Shown one piece after another: positions 15,951 through 26,405 of a stretch of DNA of 64,000 bases. This DNA is from a virus. Numbering within the stretch: position 1 is the first letter of the stretch; each line of letters begins with the position of its first letter. Below the pieces are notes generated by a model. The model was not told the origin of the DNA, ran no database searches, and saw only the letters and a program-made list of their open reading frames with translations. Where the stretch lies: IMG/VR virus record IMGVR_UViG_3300033153_006492, positions 14,720 through 78,719 of that record; one strand, 5' to 3'. A program made the position numbers and the translations under genes.

Positions 15951-17935
15951 TGGCTAATTTTGATAAACATTATGTAGTTAATTTTGCTCGCTTAGTATTA
16001 GAGTATGAAACTAAAGGTAAGATACTGGGTATAGCGTCGTCTGATAAAATGCTTCTTAGTCATGTGATGCGGGGTAAAATAAAAGAGTACGACGTTGTAA
16101 AGTTGATTGATAAAGCTTTATGTAAGTATGTAACTTTATTTTCATCTTATGGGATAAACTATAAGTCCTTAGCAATATCGAATGATGATATAACTGCTGG
16201 AAAACGGGTATTTGATAAGTTAAGTATTTATGTTGATTTACAAAGCAACATGTTAGAAATACGATTACCGTGGTTGACGCGAAATAAATTTGATCCTTTG
16301 ATACAATTCTTCAGAGAAGATTTGAACATGGAATTTGAAAAGCGTCAAGATAAGGATCCTGTTTGGTTTACTCTTGTACGAGATGAAGGAGTATTTGATG
16401 AAATAAAAAACAATCCATTAGTACAAGAAATTGGTTATGAAATGGATGACAGACAGATATTAGATTCGATTGCAAAGGCTAGAGTTGACAAGGAAAAACA
16501 AAAGAAGTTATTTGGGCTTTCAATGACAGCCAATCTTGGAATAGAATCCGGCGAATTCAAAGGATTATTTGCTAAGTTATATCCATTCCAACAAGTTGCT
16601 ATTGAGTATTCTAAATTTAGAAATGGTATATTAATTGCTGACGAAATGGGATTAGGGAAGACGCTTCAAGCTCTTGCTATCACAGAATATCATCAGTTAT
16701 ATCCTGCTGTGATTGTAGTTCCTGCGATGTTACGACAGAATTGGAAACGCGAAATTGAATTATGGTTACCTCATAAGAAGGTGTCTGTGATTACTTCAAA
16801 AAAGGTTATACCTCCTGGAGAAATATATGTAGTTAGTTATGGAATGGTATCAGATTTGGGTAGTCGATTTTATATTAAGAAACCAAAAGTTATTATATGT
16901 GATGAATCTCATTATTTGAAAAATCCTGACGCTGCTCGTACAGAATTTGTATTGAAGTATTTTAAGGATGTACCATTTAAGATATTAACTACTGGAACAC
17001 CGATATTAAATAAAACTCTTGAATTAGTACCTCAATTGGATTTGATTGGAGTTTTGGATTCACACTTTGGTGGTCGTAGAAAATTTATTAAACGATATGC
17101 TCCACCTCAATTTAATGGATATGGAACAACATACGGAAGCGCTAACGAAGAAGAATTACAAGTAGAATTACGAAAATCGTGTATGCTTCGTCGATTGAAA
17201 AAAGATGTATTAACTGAATTACCAGATAAGATTCGTCAAATTGTTTTATTGCCATTATCTGATAGAGCGGCTTATGAAAAGGTAGAACAGGATTCAATTA
17301 ATTGGTATGAAACAAAACTTAAACGACAAGATTTATCTAAAGAAGAAGTTGATAAACAAGTTCAACAAAAATTGGCAACTCGTAGTTCTTTTGCTGAAAG
17401 AATGATTCGTGTAGAATATTTACGACAAGCCGCTGTTGATTACAAAATGAAGGCTGTATTTGAATGGATTGATGATACATTAGAACAAGTTGATAAATTA
17501 GTAGTATTTGCTTATCATAGAAACACTGTTGAACAATTATATAAACGATATGAAAAAATGTCTGTTATGTTATATGGTGGTATGAGTGGTCAAGTTGATA
17601 GTATTGTAAATAAGTTTGTGACTGATAAACAAACTCGGTTATTTATAGGTTCAATGAAATCGGCTGGAATTGGTATTGATGGACTTCAGGAAGTGTGTGA
17701 TAGAGCCGTATTTGTTGAATTAGATTGGACACCAGCAATAATGGCTCAGGCTGAAGATAGATTACATAGGATAAAGCAAAAGAATACTGTACACATATAT
17801 TATTTGATTGGTGAAGGAACGATTGAAGAATATGTACATAGCATAGTTGTTGAGAAGGAAGAAATTTTCGAAAAGGCGACGAACATAAGCAAGTTATTTA
17901 CTTGGATGAAGAAACGCAAGGCAGCGAAAGAATGA
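15950..17935 (+). CDS. SNF2-family helicase (SMARCAL1/HARP-like)
   Basis: LIADEMGLGKT, CDESH, TGTP, QAEDRLHRI. Confidence 0.93.
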   Translation: MANFDKHYVVNFARLVLEYETKGKILGIASSDKMLLSHVMRGKIKEYDVVKLIDKALCKYVTLFSSYGINYKSLAISNDDITAGKRVFDKLSIYVDLQSNMLEIRLPWLTRNKFDPLIQFFREDLNMEFEKRQDKDPVWFTLVRDEGVFDEIKNNPLVQEIGYEMDDRQILDSIAKARVDKEKQKKLFGLSMTANLGIESGEFKGLFAKLYPFQQVAIEYSKFRNGILIADEMGLGKTLQALAITEYHQLYPAVIVVPAMLRQNWKREIELWLPHKKVSVITSKKVIPPGEIYVVSYGMVSDLGSRFYIKKPKVIICDESHYLKNPDAARTEFVLKYFKDVPFKILTTGTPILNKTLELVPQLDLIGVLDSHFGGRRKFIKRYAPPQFNGYGTTYGSANEEELQVELRKSCMLRRLKKDVLTELPDKIRQIVLLPLSDRAAYEKVEQDSINWYETKLKRQDLSKEEVDKQVQQKLATRSSFAERMIRVEYLRQAAVDYKMKAVFEWIDDTLEQVDKLVVFAYHRNTVEQLYKRYEKMSVMLYGGMSGQVDSIVNKFVTDKQTRLFIGSMKSAGIGIDGLQEVCDRAVFVELDWTPAIMAQAEDRLHRIKQKNTVHIYYLIGEGTIEEYVHSIVVEKEEIFEKATNISKLFTWMKKRKAAKE

Positions 17936-18468
17936 AAATCATATTTTTAGATTTTGATGGAGTGGTTTGTATATGGAATTCAATACATAGCGCTCGTAAA
18001 TTATTTAAGGATAGTATAAATATCTCAGACAGGGATGCTTGTCATATACAAATGATTGATCCTACTTTAGTTGAAAATCTTAATAAAGTTATAGAACAAA
18101 CTGATGCTAAGGTGGTAATATCTTCGTCGTGGAGATATGGAAATACGACTGATGAATTATTATTATATTTACAAAAACAAGGATTTACAGGAGAAGTTAT
18201 AGACAGAACTCCTGTGTGGAAGGAATATAAAGATGAATTGGGTTCACTTACAGCGAATGAATTCATCCGATTTTGGGAATATACTCGTGGAAATGAAATA
18301 CATATGTGGTTAGAAAAACATGATGTTGAGTCTTTTGTTATACTTGATGATGAGGTTTCTGACATATTTCCTGTATTTCCCGATAATTATATACGGACGG
18401 ATATGGAACGCGGATTTCACAGCGAACTTATTCAAGAGGCTATAGATAAATTAAACAAGGAGGCATAA
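17932..18468 (+). CDS. HAD phosphatase (Swiss-army-knife RNA-repair type)
   Basis: IIFLDFDGV, VISSSWR, RGNEI, FVILDD. Confidence 0.85.
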   Translation: MKIIFLDFDGVVCIWNSIHSARKLFKDSINISDRDACHIQMIDPTLVENLNKVIEQTDAKVVISSSWRYGNTTDELLLYLQKQGFTGEVIDRTPVWKEYKDELGSLTANEFIRFWEYTRGNEIHMWLEKHDVESFVILDDEVSDIFPVFPDNYIRTDMERGFHSELIQEAIDKLNKEA

Positions 18469-18470
18469 CA

Positions 18471-18911
18471 ATGGGTACTGGAGTTAAAAAAATAAAAAAA
18501 TCAAAAAGCGAACAAAAGGAAGCTATACTTCCTGTTGAACCAACTATAATTGCTGACGAACCAAAGCGTAAATCACAAAAGGTAAATGTATTGGTTTCTA
18601 TATTTCGTTATGGTGATAAAATTGTTTCACATTTAGGTATTCCTCATCCTACACATGAAATAGAACATAGAATACCAAAGAAGAATCTGAAACCAGAAGA
18701 AATTTTTAATATCATTAGTGCTTTGACTAATGAACCATATTATAAGAATTCAAATGATGGTCGTTGGGAAACGACTGTTAAATGTGCTCTTGATCAAAAT
18801 TTTCCTGAAATTCCGATTCCTAAACAAAAAGCATCTATTCTCAGTTCACGACCAATAGGTAAATTGGTTCATGAAATTTTGAATGTGGAAATTGAATTAT
18901 TCTTAAAATAA
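18471..18911 (+). CDS. hypothetical protein
   Basis: GGAGG RBS; operonic. Confidence 0.7.
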   Translation: MGTGVKKIKKSKSEQKEAILPVEPTIIADEPKRKSQKVNVLVSIFRYGDKIVSHLGIPHPTHEIEHRIPKKNLKPEEIFNIISALTNEPYYKNSNDGRWETTVKCALDQNFPEIPIPKQKASILSSRPIGKLVHEILNVEIELFLK

Positions 18912-18925
18912 CGAAAGAGTGAATA

Positions 18926-19108
18926 ATGGCTAAAAAATCAAAATTTGATACAGACCCTGATGTAATTAAAAAGGGATTCAATTATTATTGTTTTGCGTGT
19001 AAAGAATCGTACAGGTGGGGTAAATTGGTTGCGAAAGAAATGGGCGTGTTTGAAATGATGACATGTCCGGAATGTGGTGAAATGGTGACTGATCTTAAAA
19101 GAAAGTAG
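18926..19108 (+). CDS. small zinc-ribbon protein
   Basis: CFAC and CPECG. Confidence 0.7.
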   Translation: MAKKSKFDTDPDVIKKGFNYYCFACKESYRWGKLVAKEMGVFEMMTCPECGEMVTDLKRK

Positions 19109-19116
19109 GCTTATTA

Positions 19117-19302
19117 ATGGATGGAGTACTAATTCCAGAAGTTTTTTTCAAAGGTGTTGAAGGTAAAACAATAATAAAATATCGTTTAGCATTTGAGTGG
19201 AAAGGCACTGGTATATTAGTATGTATTCCAGCAAATGGCGATAAACCATATGCAAAGACAATTAAGATGGATGAATTATCAAGTGTGCGGTATTATCGGT
19301 AG
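19117..19302 (+). CDS. hypothetical protein
   Basis: Operonic ORF. Confidence 0.55.
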   Translation: MDGVLIPEVFFKGVEGKTIIKYRLAFEWKGTGILVCIPANGDKPYAKTIKMDELSSVRYYR

Positions 19303-19317
19303 GAGAAATAACACAGG

Positions 19318-19548
19318 ATGTATAAAGCAGGAGAGTTTGATTTTGAATTCAAGTTACCATTTAAATCTAATAATTTCAATGTTGTAATTTATAAATGGAA
19401 AATAATAGACACAAAAAGATATGGTCGTAAAGTAGTTGTACAAGGCTATGGAAATGATGGCGAATTGTATGATGGACAAGCGAGCATAACTGCTAAGGGT
19501 GTCATAAAGAATGTTCATGTAGATATTAACAGTGGGAGGTGGGAATAG
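19318..19548 (+). CDS. hypothetical protein
   Basis: AGGAG RBS. Confidence 0.6.
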   Translation: MYKAGEFDFEFKLPFKSNNFNVVIYKWKIIDTKRYGRKVVVQGYGNDGELYDGQASITAKGVIKNVHVDINSGRWE

Positions 19549-19878
19549 ATGCTTGTTCAAGAATGTTACAGAATAGTTGAAGTAAAGAATGGTGATTATT
19601 ATAGTTTATTTCATGGAACGAAAAGGTCACGAAAATTAGAACGTGGTAAATGGTTATCAGCCGACAAGAAAATTGTAAATGATGGTTCGTGTGCTACGAA
19701 GTATGAATCTGGTTGGCATGTCTTAAAATCTAAAGAAGAAACAGAACAATTTTTAGAAAAAATGTTTCGTGTAAAAAAGGATCGAAGAGTTATACCTGTT
19801 TTAGTCATGGGGCTTCGCCCAAAATCACACAGTCGACATGAAGTATATTTAGCAGACGAAATGTTTATATTTGAATGA
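19549..19878 (+). CDS. hypothetical phage protein
   Basis: Abutting ORF with GGAGG RBS; SGWHV motif. Confidence 0.7.
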   Translation: MLVQECYRIVEVKNGDYYSLFHGTKRSRKLERGKWLSADKKIVNDGSCATKYESGWHVLKSKEETEQFLEKMFRVKKDRRVIPVLVMGLRPKSHSRHEVYLADEMFIFE

Positions 19879-19892
19879 AAGTAGGAGGTTGC

Positions 19893-20141
19893 ATGAAAAC
19901 AATTCATATTACTGTAAGTTCCGCTGCTGGTAGCGGAAAATCAAGAGTGCTTTATTTAATTAAAGAAACGTTGCGTAATCGAGGATTTGATGTTAAATTT
20001 AATGGAGGTATGGATTTTTCAACTGAAAAATCTTTTGATGAACAGATGCATGAAAACATTTATGAAGTGATTGATTCAATTGCTGATATGTCAGAAATTG
20101 TTATAGAAGAAAAACAACTTAATAGAAATGTGAAGGAATAA
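19893..20141 (+). CDS. small protein with P-loop-like motif
   Basis: AAGSGKS; AGGAGG RBS before ATG 19893. Confidence 0.65.
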   Translation: MKTIHITVSSAAGSGKSRVLYLIKETLRNRGFDVKFNGGMDFSTEKSFDEQMHENIYEVIDSIADMSEIVIEEKQLNRNVKE

Positions 20142-20158
20142 AATAGAAGGGAAAATTA

Positions 20159-20365
20159 ATGGACGTTAGGAAGAATCAATTAGTTAAATTCACACCGCCA
20201 GTTGGATATGAGGATGAATATCCATTTGAAAAAGATGAAGTGGTTTTGTTTCTGGGTGAAATTGAATTAATGAGTGGACATTGTATTGTAGTTAAAAAAA
20301 CTGGGCAAGTATTGTGGGGATACCACACTGATAATTTTATACCGATCACAGAGGAGGAAATATGA
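20159..20365 (+). CDS. hypothetical protein
   Basis: Operonic ORF. Confidence 0.65.
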   Translation: MDVRKNQLVKFTPPVGYEDEYPFEKDEVVLFLGEIELMSGHCIVVKKTGQVLWGYHTDNFIPITEEEI

Positions 20366-20841
20366 TAAATTGGGAACGAGAAACAGATACACACATATAT
20401 TTTTGGAATGGTATTTTTTCCAACTTTCATTCAGTGGAATTTGAATATAAGGATCACATATTTCAAAATACTGAACAGGCTTTTATGTGGGAAAAGGCTA
20501 TGTATTTTAATGATATGGTAATGGCAAACAAAATACTTAATACTCCAATACCTGGGAAAGCAAAGGCATTAGGGCGGAAGGTGAAGAATTTTGATGATAA
20601 AAAATGGACTCTTATTTCATATCAAATTATGTGTAATGTCAATCGGGCGAAATATGGTCAACATTCTGATTTACAAAAAGTGTTATTATCTACAGGCTCC
20701 AAAATTATTGTTGAAGCATCTCCTTATGATAAAATTTGGGGAGTTGGATTACATTGGTCTGACGACAAACTTCTTAATGAATCAAATTGGGATGGATTAA
20801 ATTTATTAGGAAAATGTTTAATGGAAGTAAGAAATGGATAA
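20362..20841 (+). CDS. NADAR (YbiA-like) protein
   Basis: FSNF, EQAFMWEKA, AKALGR, VEASPYDKIWGVG, GLNLLGKCLMEVR. Confidence 0.95.
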   Translation: MINWERETDTHIYFWNGIFSNFHSVEFEYKDHIFQNTEQAFMWEKAMYFNDMVMANKILNTPIPGKAKALGRKVKNFDDKKWTLISYQIMCNVNRAKYGQHSDLQKVLLSTGSKIIVEASPYDKIWGVGLHWSDDKLLNESNWDGLNLLGKCLMEVRNG

Positions 20842-21112
20842 ATGTGAATTATGTGGACGAGAAGTAGAAGTTATTACGAGACATCATTTAAAGCCTAAGA
20901 GTCGCGGTGGAAGTAAAGGCGACGTTGCTATGTTTTGTTTATCGTGTAAGGATATGGTTCATCGTTTGATACCAAACAAGGACTTGGATAGAAAGTATGA
21001 TACTGTAAAAAAACTACTTGACAATCATGGTATTATTCATTATATTGCCTGGGTAAAGAAACAAAAGAAAGAACATATAACAATCGCAACCAAAAAGAAG
21101 AGAAACAGATGA
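20834..21112 (+). CDS. HNH-family protein
   Basis: CELC..TRHHLKPKSRGG..CLSC..H. Confidence 0.8.
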   Translation: MDKCELCGREVEVITRHHLKPKSRGGSKGDVAMFCLSCKDMVHRLIPNKDLDRKYDTVKKLLDNHGIIHYIAWVKKQKKEHITIATKKKRNR

Positions 21113-21558
21113 ACCAAGAATTTAAAGAACTATATCAGGAAATTATTTTAGAACACAATCGTTCTCCCAGAAATTTTGGTAAACTTGAAAATGCTACTCA
21201 CACGATGGAAGGTATAAATCCACTCTGTGGAGATCAGTATACGATTTATCTTAACATCGAAGATAACATTATTAAAGAAGTGGGATTTGAGGGATCGGGT
21301 TGTGCTATCTCAAAGGCGTCTGCTTCAGTGATGACGACTACAATAAAAGGGAAAACCCTGGAACAAGCAGAAGAGTATTTTGCTGTATTCCGTAAAATTG
21401 TTACAGGTGAAGCGGGTACAGAGGAAACTTTCGATAACGTGGGTAAAATTGCTGCCTTTACCGGAGTCGCAGAATTTCCGGTGCGTGTGAAATGTGCTTC
21501 TTTGGCTTGGCACACAATGCTTAACGCTTTCAACGACAAAAATAAAACAACTATCTAA
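21109..21558 (+). CDS. sufU: SUF-system Fe-S assembly protein SufU (NifU-N/IscU fold)
   Basis: LYQEIILEH, NPLCGD, GCAISKAS, RVKCASLAW. Confidence 0.93.
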   Translation: MNQEFKELYQEIILEHNRSPRNFGKLENATHTMEGINPLCGDQYTIYLNIEDNIIKEVGFEGSGCAISKASASVMTTTIKGKTLEQAEEYFAVFRKIVTGEAGTEETFDNVGKIAAFTGVAEFPVRVKCASLAWHTMLNAFNDKNKTTI

Positions 21559-21567
21559 AAAATAAAG

Positions 21568-21596
21568 TTGACTTCATATAAAAAATGTTGTATATT
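21568..21596 (+). promoter_or_regulatory. sigma70-type promoter
   Basis: TTGACT-N17-TATATT. Confidence 0.7.
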
Positions 21597-21638
21597 GCCT
21601 GTGAGTTAAGGATAAAACTAAACTTTTTGGAGCATATA

Positions 21639-22286
21639 ATGACAAAGGTTATGGAACTTAGAAATAAAATCAATGAAAACGGTGTATCAGAAGACGGGAT
21701 ATGGCAATCTATTCTCGACATAGGTTACGATGAATGGGTAAATCATCAAAAGTGGTCATATGATGATATGCTTAAATGGATGAATAAAAATTATGGTGAT
21801 TTCGCTACTATGGCTATTTTGATTGGTAAATACAATCAACAAGTTTGTAACGGTGGACATCTTCAATATTTTGATAATGGGTATGCTACAAGTGGTGGTG
21901 GAATGTTTAACCTCCATTCAGAAGATATTCATTTACATAATGAGATGATGGAATTGATGGAAAAATTTGAATTGAATACAATGGACGAATTAACCGTTGC
22001 TGTTTTTAATATTATGATTGATTTTAATGTCCAATTGGATGAAGAACAATATTGTTACGACCATTGTTCAGAATGTGGTGGTAGAGGAACTATAAATAGT
22101 ATTGATGAAGAGGAAGAAGAATGTCCTGATTGTGATGGTGGTGAAATAGAATATGAAAATCCTGACTTTAATCATCCTACGAATCAAGATGATTGGAATA
22201 AGCTTGACACTCGTTATTATGAAGTGTCTGACAAATGGGAAGATTGGTTTGAATTGTTTGTAGAAAAAACGGTGTTTGGAAAATGA
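21639..22286 (+). CDS. acidic DUF4375/DMP19-like protein with inserted Zn finger
   Basis: QVCNGGHLQYFDN, LDTRYY; CSECGGRG..CPDCDGG. Confidence 0.6.
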   Translation: MTKVMELRNKINENGVSEDGIWQSILDIGYDEWVNHQKWSYDDMLKWMNKNYGDFATMAILIGKYNQQVCNGGHLQYFDNGYATSGGGMFNLHSEDIHLHNEMMELMEKFELNTMDELTVAVFNIMIDFNVQLDEEQYCYDHCSECGGRGTINSIDEEEEECPDCDGGEIEYENPDFNHPTNQDDWNKLDTRYYEVSDKWEDWFELFVEKTVFGK

Positions 22287-22309
22287 TATTAAAAATATGA
22301 GGGTCATTT

Positions 22310-22858
22310 ATGGAAACAAAACACGGACTTAGCGAACAAGAAATTAAAGATGCATTTGATAAGATGTCTGAGCAGATTAAAACTGCTGCAGCACGTCCTA
22401 CAGGTGCATCTACTCCAGAATATACTCCTCCTATCATATCAAGATTTATGGATGATCAACCAATAGATGAACCAGATCCACTCAGTTCAATCAATTCACA
22501 ACCAACAGCGTCATTGAACGATAATCCTGTTCACCAAATTAATATAGAATATGGTTCACAGGCATTTGGTTCAACTATGCATACTGGAACTAATTATTCA
22601 GGTCGTCCAGACATAGAAGATTATCGTTTGCGTACAATACGGAACGAAATTCAAGCACGACAATCTAAACAATCCAATATGGAACAAAATGAACTTAGAA
22701 ACGTTAAAACTGTTAATCGTAGTGTACAAATTCTAAAGGTGGTAACAAACTTAAATAAGTTATTCTTATTCTGTATTACTAAAATCAAACATTTTTCTAT
22801 CATTACATATAAAGGTTTTTATGGTTGGATAACATATGAAGAAATAACGAACAAATAA
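22310..22858 (+). CDS. hypothetical low-complexity protein
   Basis: Operonic ORF. Confidence 0.6.
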   Translation: METKHGLSEQEIKDAFDKMSEQIKTAAARPTGASTPEYTPPIISRFMDDQPIDEPDPLSSINSQPTASLNDNPVHQINIEYGSQAFGSTMHTGTNYSGRPDIEDYRLRTIRNEIQARQSKQSNMEQNELRNVKTVNRSVQILKVVTNLNKLFLFCITKIKHFSIITYKGFYGWITYEEITNK

Positions 22859-22874
22859 ATAGGAGGACAAGGCT

Positions 22875-23087
22875 ATGTATTCATTTTCAGGCTTTATGGT
22901 ATTGTTGGTTTGTCTGGGTTTAGCGTATTATTATATCATGAAATGGTATGATATTAGGCAGGCAGAAATCGAAGAAAAGATAAACGATGCTAAAGAAATT
23001 GGTGAATTAGATGACAAAGTTAAAAAGGTTAATGTTGATAAACTTAAAAAACAGAAAGGGAATATAAAGAAATTTGAAAATAGTTAA
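22875..23087 (+). CDS. small membrane protein upstream of the SPFH gene
   Basis: N-terminal TM; AGGAGG RBS. Confidence 0.7.
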   Translation: MYSFSGFMVLLVCLGLAYYYIMKWYDIRQAEIEEKINDAKEIGELDDKVKKVNVDKLKKQKGNIKKFENS

Positions 23088-23122
23088 TTAATTATTCATT
23101 AAACAAAAAGGGAGGTCTTTTT

Positions 23123-24328
23123 ATGAAGATCAGTAAATCCAAAATTGGATTAGTTTTTATTGGAATAGCAATTGTTATAGTTGCTGTTTTATTCGGCCGG
23201 TTGGCTGAAACAAATGATGCAGGGTTTTTCCGGATTAAACAAGCGGCTTTTACAGGTGACATGACTGTAAGAATTTTACCTGGAATGTATGGACAATGGT
23301 TCGGGGATATTTTTATTTACAAAGAAGTGGCTACTATTGGTATTGGAGATCAAGAAGGTGAAGGTTCAGCAGATTTACCTGCTGTGAGGGTTATTTTTAA
23401 TGATGGTTCTATGGCTGATATTAGTGCTTTAGTTCGTGTTCAATTACCTCGAACAGTGGAACAAATTAAAAACTTAAAGAAAGAATTTTCTGGCGGTTAT
23501 GACCATTTCATCAGGTCAGGAGTTGTTCCTATTGTAGAAAATGCTATTAAATTATCTGCTAACTTACGTTCTGCACAAGATGCTTATACTACATTAGCTT
23601 TATTCCAGCAAGCTATTGAAGATCAATTGCGTAATGGAATTTATGTTACGAAAAGTGATAAAGTTATAGTTACTCGTAGCACAGGTGATACTGAGGAACA
23701 AAAAATTACTGCTGTGGTATATCATCCAATGGACAGCGATAAACTTGATGTTAATGGTCTTCCTTTAGCTGGAAAACCAATGCGGATGCAAAATCGTTTT
23801 GCTGAACTTGGTTGTGAAGTTAAGGAATGTGTAATCAGCAAACCTCAATTTGATCCTAAAGTTGATGAAATGATTGCAGCTCGTAAAGACGAAGCGATGA
23901 AGACTGAATTAGCTAAACAAGAAGCTATTCGTGCGAAACAGGATGCTATTACAGCCGAAGAAAAAGGTAAGGCGAATGTAGCTACTGCTAAATACGAAAA
24001 GGAAGTTGAACTTGTTAAGGCTACGACTAAAGCTCGCGAAAAATTTGAAGTTGCGCAGTTTGGTGCAAAGGAAGCTCTTGAAGCAAAGAAAAAGAAGATT
24101 TCCATTGCTCAAGGTGTGAAACAAGAATTGCTTATTGCTGATGGATTGTCTGCTCGTGCAAAGTTTCAAATTGAAAAAGATGTAGAACGCGACATTGGTG
24201 TGGCTCAACATATGTCTAAGTGGGTTGGACCTCAAATTGTTATGACTGGTGGTTCTGATGGTAAAGGTGGGTCTGGAATTGAAAATGCGTTAATGATTCA
24301 AATGATGAAAGAAATCATTAAAAAGTAG
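23123..24328 (+). CDS. SPFH/band-7 (flotillin-like) membrane protein
   Basis: N-terminal TM, SPFH-like core, A/E/K coiled coil, PQIVMTGG tail. Confidence 0.8.
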   Translation: MKISKSKIGLVFIGIAIVIVAVLFGRLAETNDAGFFRIKQAAFTGDMTVRILPGMYGQWFGDIFIYKEVATIGIGDQEGEGSADLPAVRVIFNDGSMADISALVRVQLPRTVEQIKNLKKEFSGGYDHFIRSGVVPIVENAIKLSANLRSAQDAYTTLALFQQAIEDQLRNGIYVTKSDKVIVTRSTGDTEEQKITAVVYHPMDSDKLDVNGLPLAGKPMRMQNRFAELGCEVKECVISKPQFDPKVDEMIAARKDEAMKTELAKQEAIRAKQDAITAEEKGKANVATAKYEKEVELVKATTKAREKFEVAQFGAKEALEAKKKKISIAQGVKQELLIADGLSARAKFQIEKDVERDIGVAQHMSKWVGPQIVMTGGSDGKGGSGIENALMIQMMKEIIKK

Positions 24329-24343
24329 AAGATATTAATTCGT

Positions 24344-24369
24344 GGGGAGGGTGAAATTCCCTTCCCTTT
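24344..24369 (+). terminator. probable terminator hairpin
   Basis: GGGGAGGG/CCCTTCCC plus TTT. Confidence 0.5.
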
Positions 24370-24387
24370 ATTATTATGAGGAAAGTT

Positions 24388-24555
24388 ATGAAAGAAGTTA
24401 CAATATCTCTATATGTTAAATCTTTATTTTTTAAAATAGTAATGGCTATATTGATATTTGCTGTTGCTATGTTATTATATAGAATTTATTATCCTGTCGA
24501 AAAAGAAGAAACAATAATACAACGAACATATTTTGTGGATAGAGGAGAACATTAA
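24388..24555 (+). CDS. 55-aa membrane protein (not in ORF track)
   Basis: MKEVTISL...IVMAILIFAVAMLLY..*; GAGG RBS; abuts the next ATG. Confidence 0.6.
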   Translation: MKEVTISLYVKSLFFKIVMAILIFAVAMLLYRIYYPVEKEETIIQRTYFVDRGEH

Positions 24556-24903
24556 ATGCCAACTTTTGAAATTTTACGAGACGATGATGTAGTTGTATTT
24601 CAAGAAGCATTAACTCGACAAGAATTAGAATCTGATTACTTATTAGAACTTCGTTCAGAAAATAAAGAAAATTCTTATACTGTATTTAAGCTGGACGATG
24701 ATTTGGTTCGAATAGGAACATCGAAAAACTATATTCCATATTCAGAAGATAAGGATATTCCTATAAAATCTGTTTTTCATAATAATCTTTTTTCAGATTT
24801 ATTAAACACATTTAATATGAGGGGATTACATGGATTATCTGGATTATCTGATGGTGAATTACCTGAATTGATTGATGAATTTGGAGGAGATGAAGATGAG
24901 TAA
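24556..24903 (+). CDS. hypothetical protein
   Basis: GAGGAG RBS. Confidence 0.65.
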   Translation: MPTFEILRDDDVVVFQEALTRQELESDYLLELRSENKENSYTVFKLDDDLVRIGTSKNYIPYSEDKDIPIKSVFHNNLFSDLLNTFNMRGLHGLSGLSDGELPELIDEFGGDEDE

Positions 24904-25378
24904 TGGTATTATAGAAGTTAAGAAAAAGAAATCATTCCGTCAATCTACAGATAAATATGTTTTTTGTAGGAAATGCGGAATTAAAGAAGTTAAAATATCA
25001 GAAGAAGCCATTAGTGGAATTTGTTGGTTGTGTGTATTAAAAGGAGTTGACCCTCCAATTCAACTTATGTTAGAGCGAAAGAGACTTGAACGAGAAAAAC
25101 ATCCACCTAAACAACGTGGTTGGCAGTTTATGAAGGAATATGTTGATGAAGAAGGGAATGTGTATCATAAGGGAGTAGAACAGCCTGATTTGAAGGACAC
25201 ATTACCGTCGACACCAAAAAAAGAATCAAAGAAGAAGTCCTTTGAAGAAAAACAAATTCACGAAGAAAAGAAACATTCCAAGTTAATCAAACGTTTTGAG
25301 AAGGCGAAAAAAGAAAAAAAGAAAAAGCAAAAAAATAAATTTACGAATAAACCGTTACGAACAAGAAACAAAAAATAG
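24896..25378 (+). CDS. Zn-finger protein with Lys-rich tail
   Basis: CRKC..CWLC; RGWQFMKEYVD. Confidence 0.7.
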   Translation: MSNGIIEVKKKKSFRQSTDKYVFCRKCGIKEVKISEEAISGICWLCVLKGVDPPIQLMLERKRLEREKHPPKQRGWQFMKEYVDEEGNVYHKGVEQPDLKDTLPSTPKKESKKKSFEEKQIHEEKKHSKLIKRFEKAKKEKKKKQKNKFTNKPLRTRNKK

Positions 25379-25388
25379 GAGGTGTATT

Positions 25389-26148
25389 ATGAATGTACAT
25401 TTATTAATTATCGATCCACAGAATGATTTTAGTAATCCACAAGGTTCATTATTTGTTCCTGGTGCTGATGATGATATGAAACGTTTAGCGACAATGCGTT
25501 ACGCTTGATTCACATCGTACCGTTGATATTGCTCACCCTGTTTTCTGGAAAGATTCAGCTGGGAAACATCCAAATCCTTTCACAATCATAACGTTACAAG
25601 ATGTAGAAAATGGAACATGGCAAGCTACGAATCCTGGATTCTCTGCTCGTGCATTAGATTATGTGAAACAATTGGAAACCAATGGTCGTTATCCATTGTG
25701 TATTTGGCCTGAACATTGTATAATTGGTACCTGGGGTCATTCAATTTATCCTGAACTTTCTGATTCTTTACTTGATTGGGAACGTGACAGATTTGCGATT
25801 GTTGATTATGTAACAAAGGGTAGCAACGTATTTACTGAACATTATTCTGCTGTTCAAGCTGATGTACCTGATCAGGCTGATCCTTCAACGATGTTAAACA
25901 GTCGTTTGATTGATATTTTACAGGATGCTGATTTGGTTGCTATTACAGGTGAAGCATTGAGTCATTGTGTGGCTAACACAGTTGGCGACATCATTGATAA
26001 TTTTGGTGCTGAAAATGTTAAGAAACTTGTTTTGTTGGAAGATACGACAAGCAACGTCACTGGATTTGAAAATCTTGGTGAAAATTTTGTAAAGGATGCT
26101 GTTGCTAAGGGAATGCAGGTTTCTACATCTACGGATTTTTTGAAATAA
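25389..26148 (+). CDS. nicotinamidase/isochorismatase-family cysteine hydrolase, frame broken at ~25497
   Basis: LLIIDPQNDF..GSLFVPGA in one frame; VTLDSH, WPEHC, KG, GEALSHCV in the +1 frame. Confidence 0.88.
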
Positions 26149-26162
26149 ATGGAGAATAAACA

Positions 26163-26393
26163 ATGTCAGATTATCTTAACTATGTACCGGGACTTCCGAT
26201 AAAATGTAATAGTCCATCACGCGATCCGCAACAATCACAGATACCGCATATTGTAGGTGTTATTAATATTATTACGGGTGATGATGGAAAACAACGGTAT
26301 GTTGGTGATACATATGAAGTAAATGAAGAATATTATTCAGAATATTCATATTTGATAAAATTATTTATGAAAGAACATGGATTAATTAAATGA
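26163..26393 (+). CDS. hypothetical protein
   Basis: GGAG RBS. Confidence 0.6.
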   Translation: MSDYLNYVPGLPIKCNSPSRDPQQSQIPHIVGVINIITGDDGKQRYVGDTYEVNEEYYSEYSYLIKLFMKEHGLIK

Positions 26394-26405
26394 GGAGGAT
26401 AAGTT

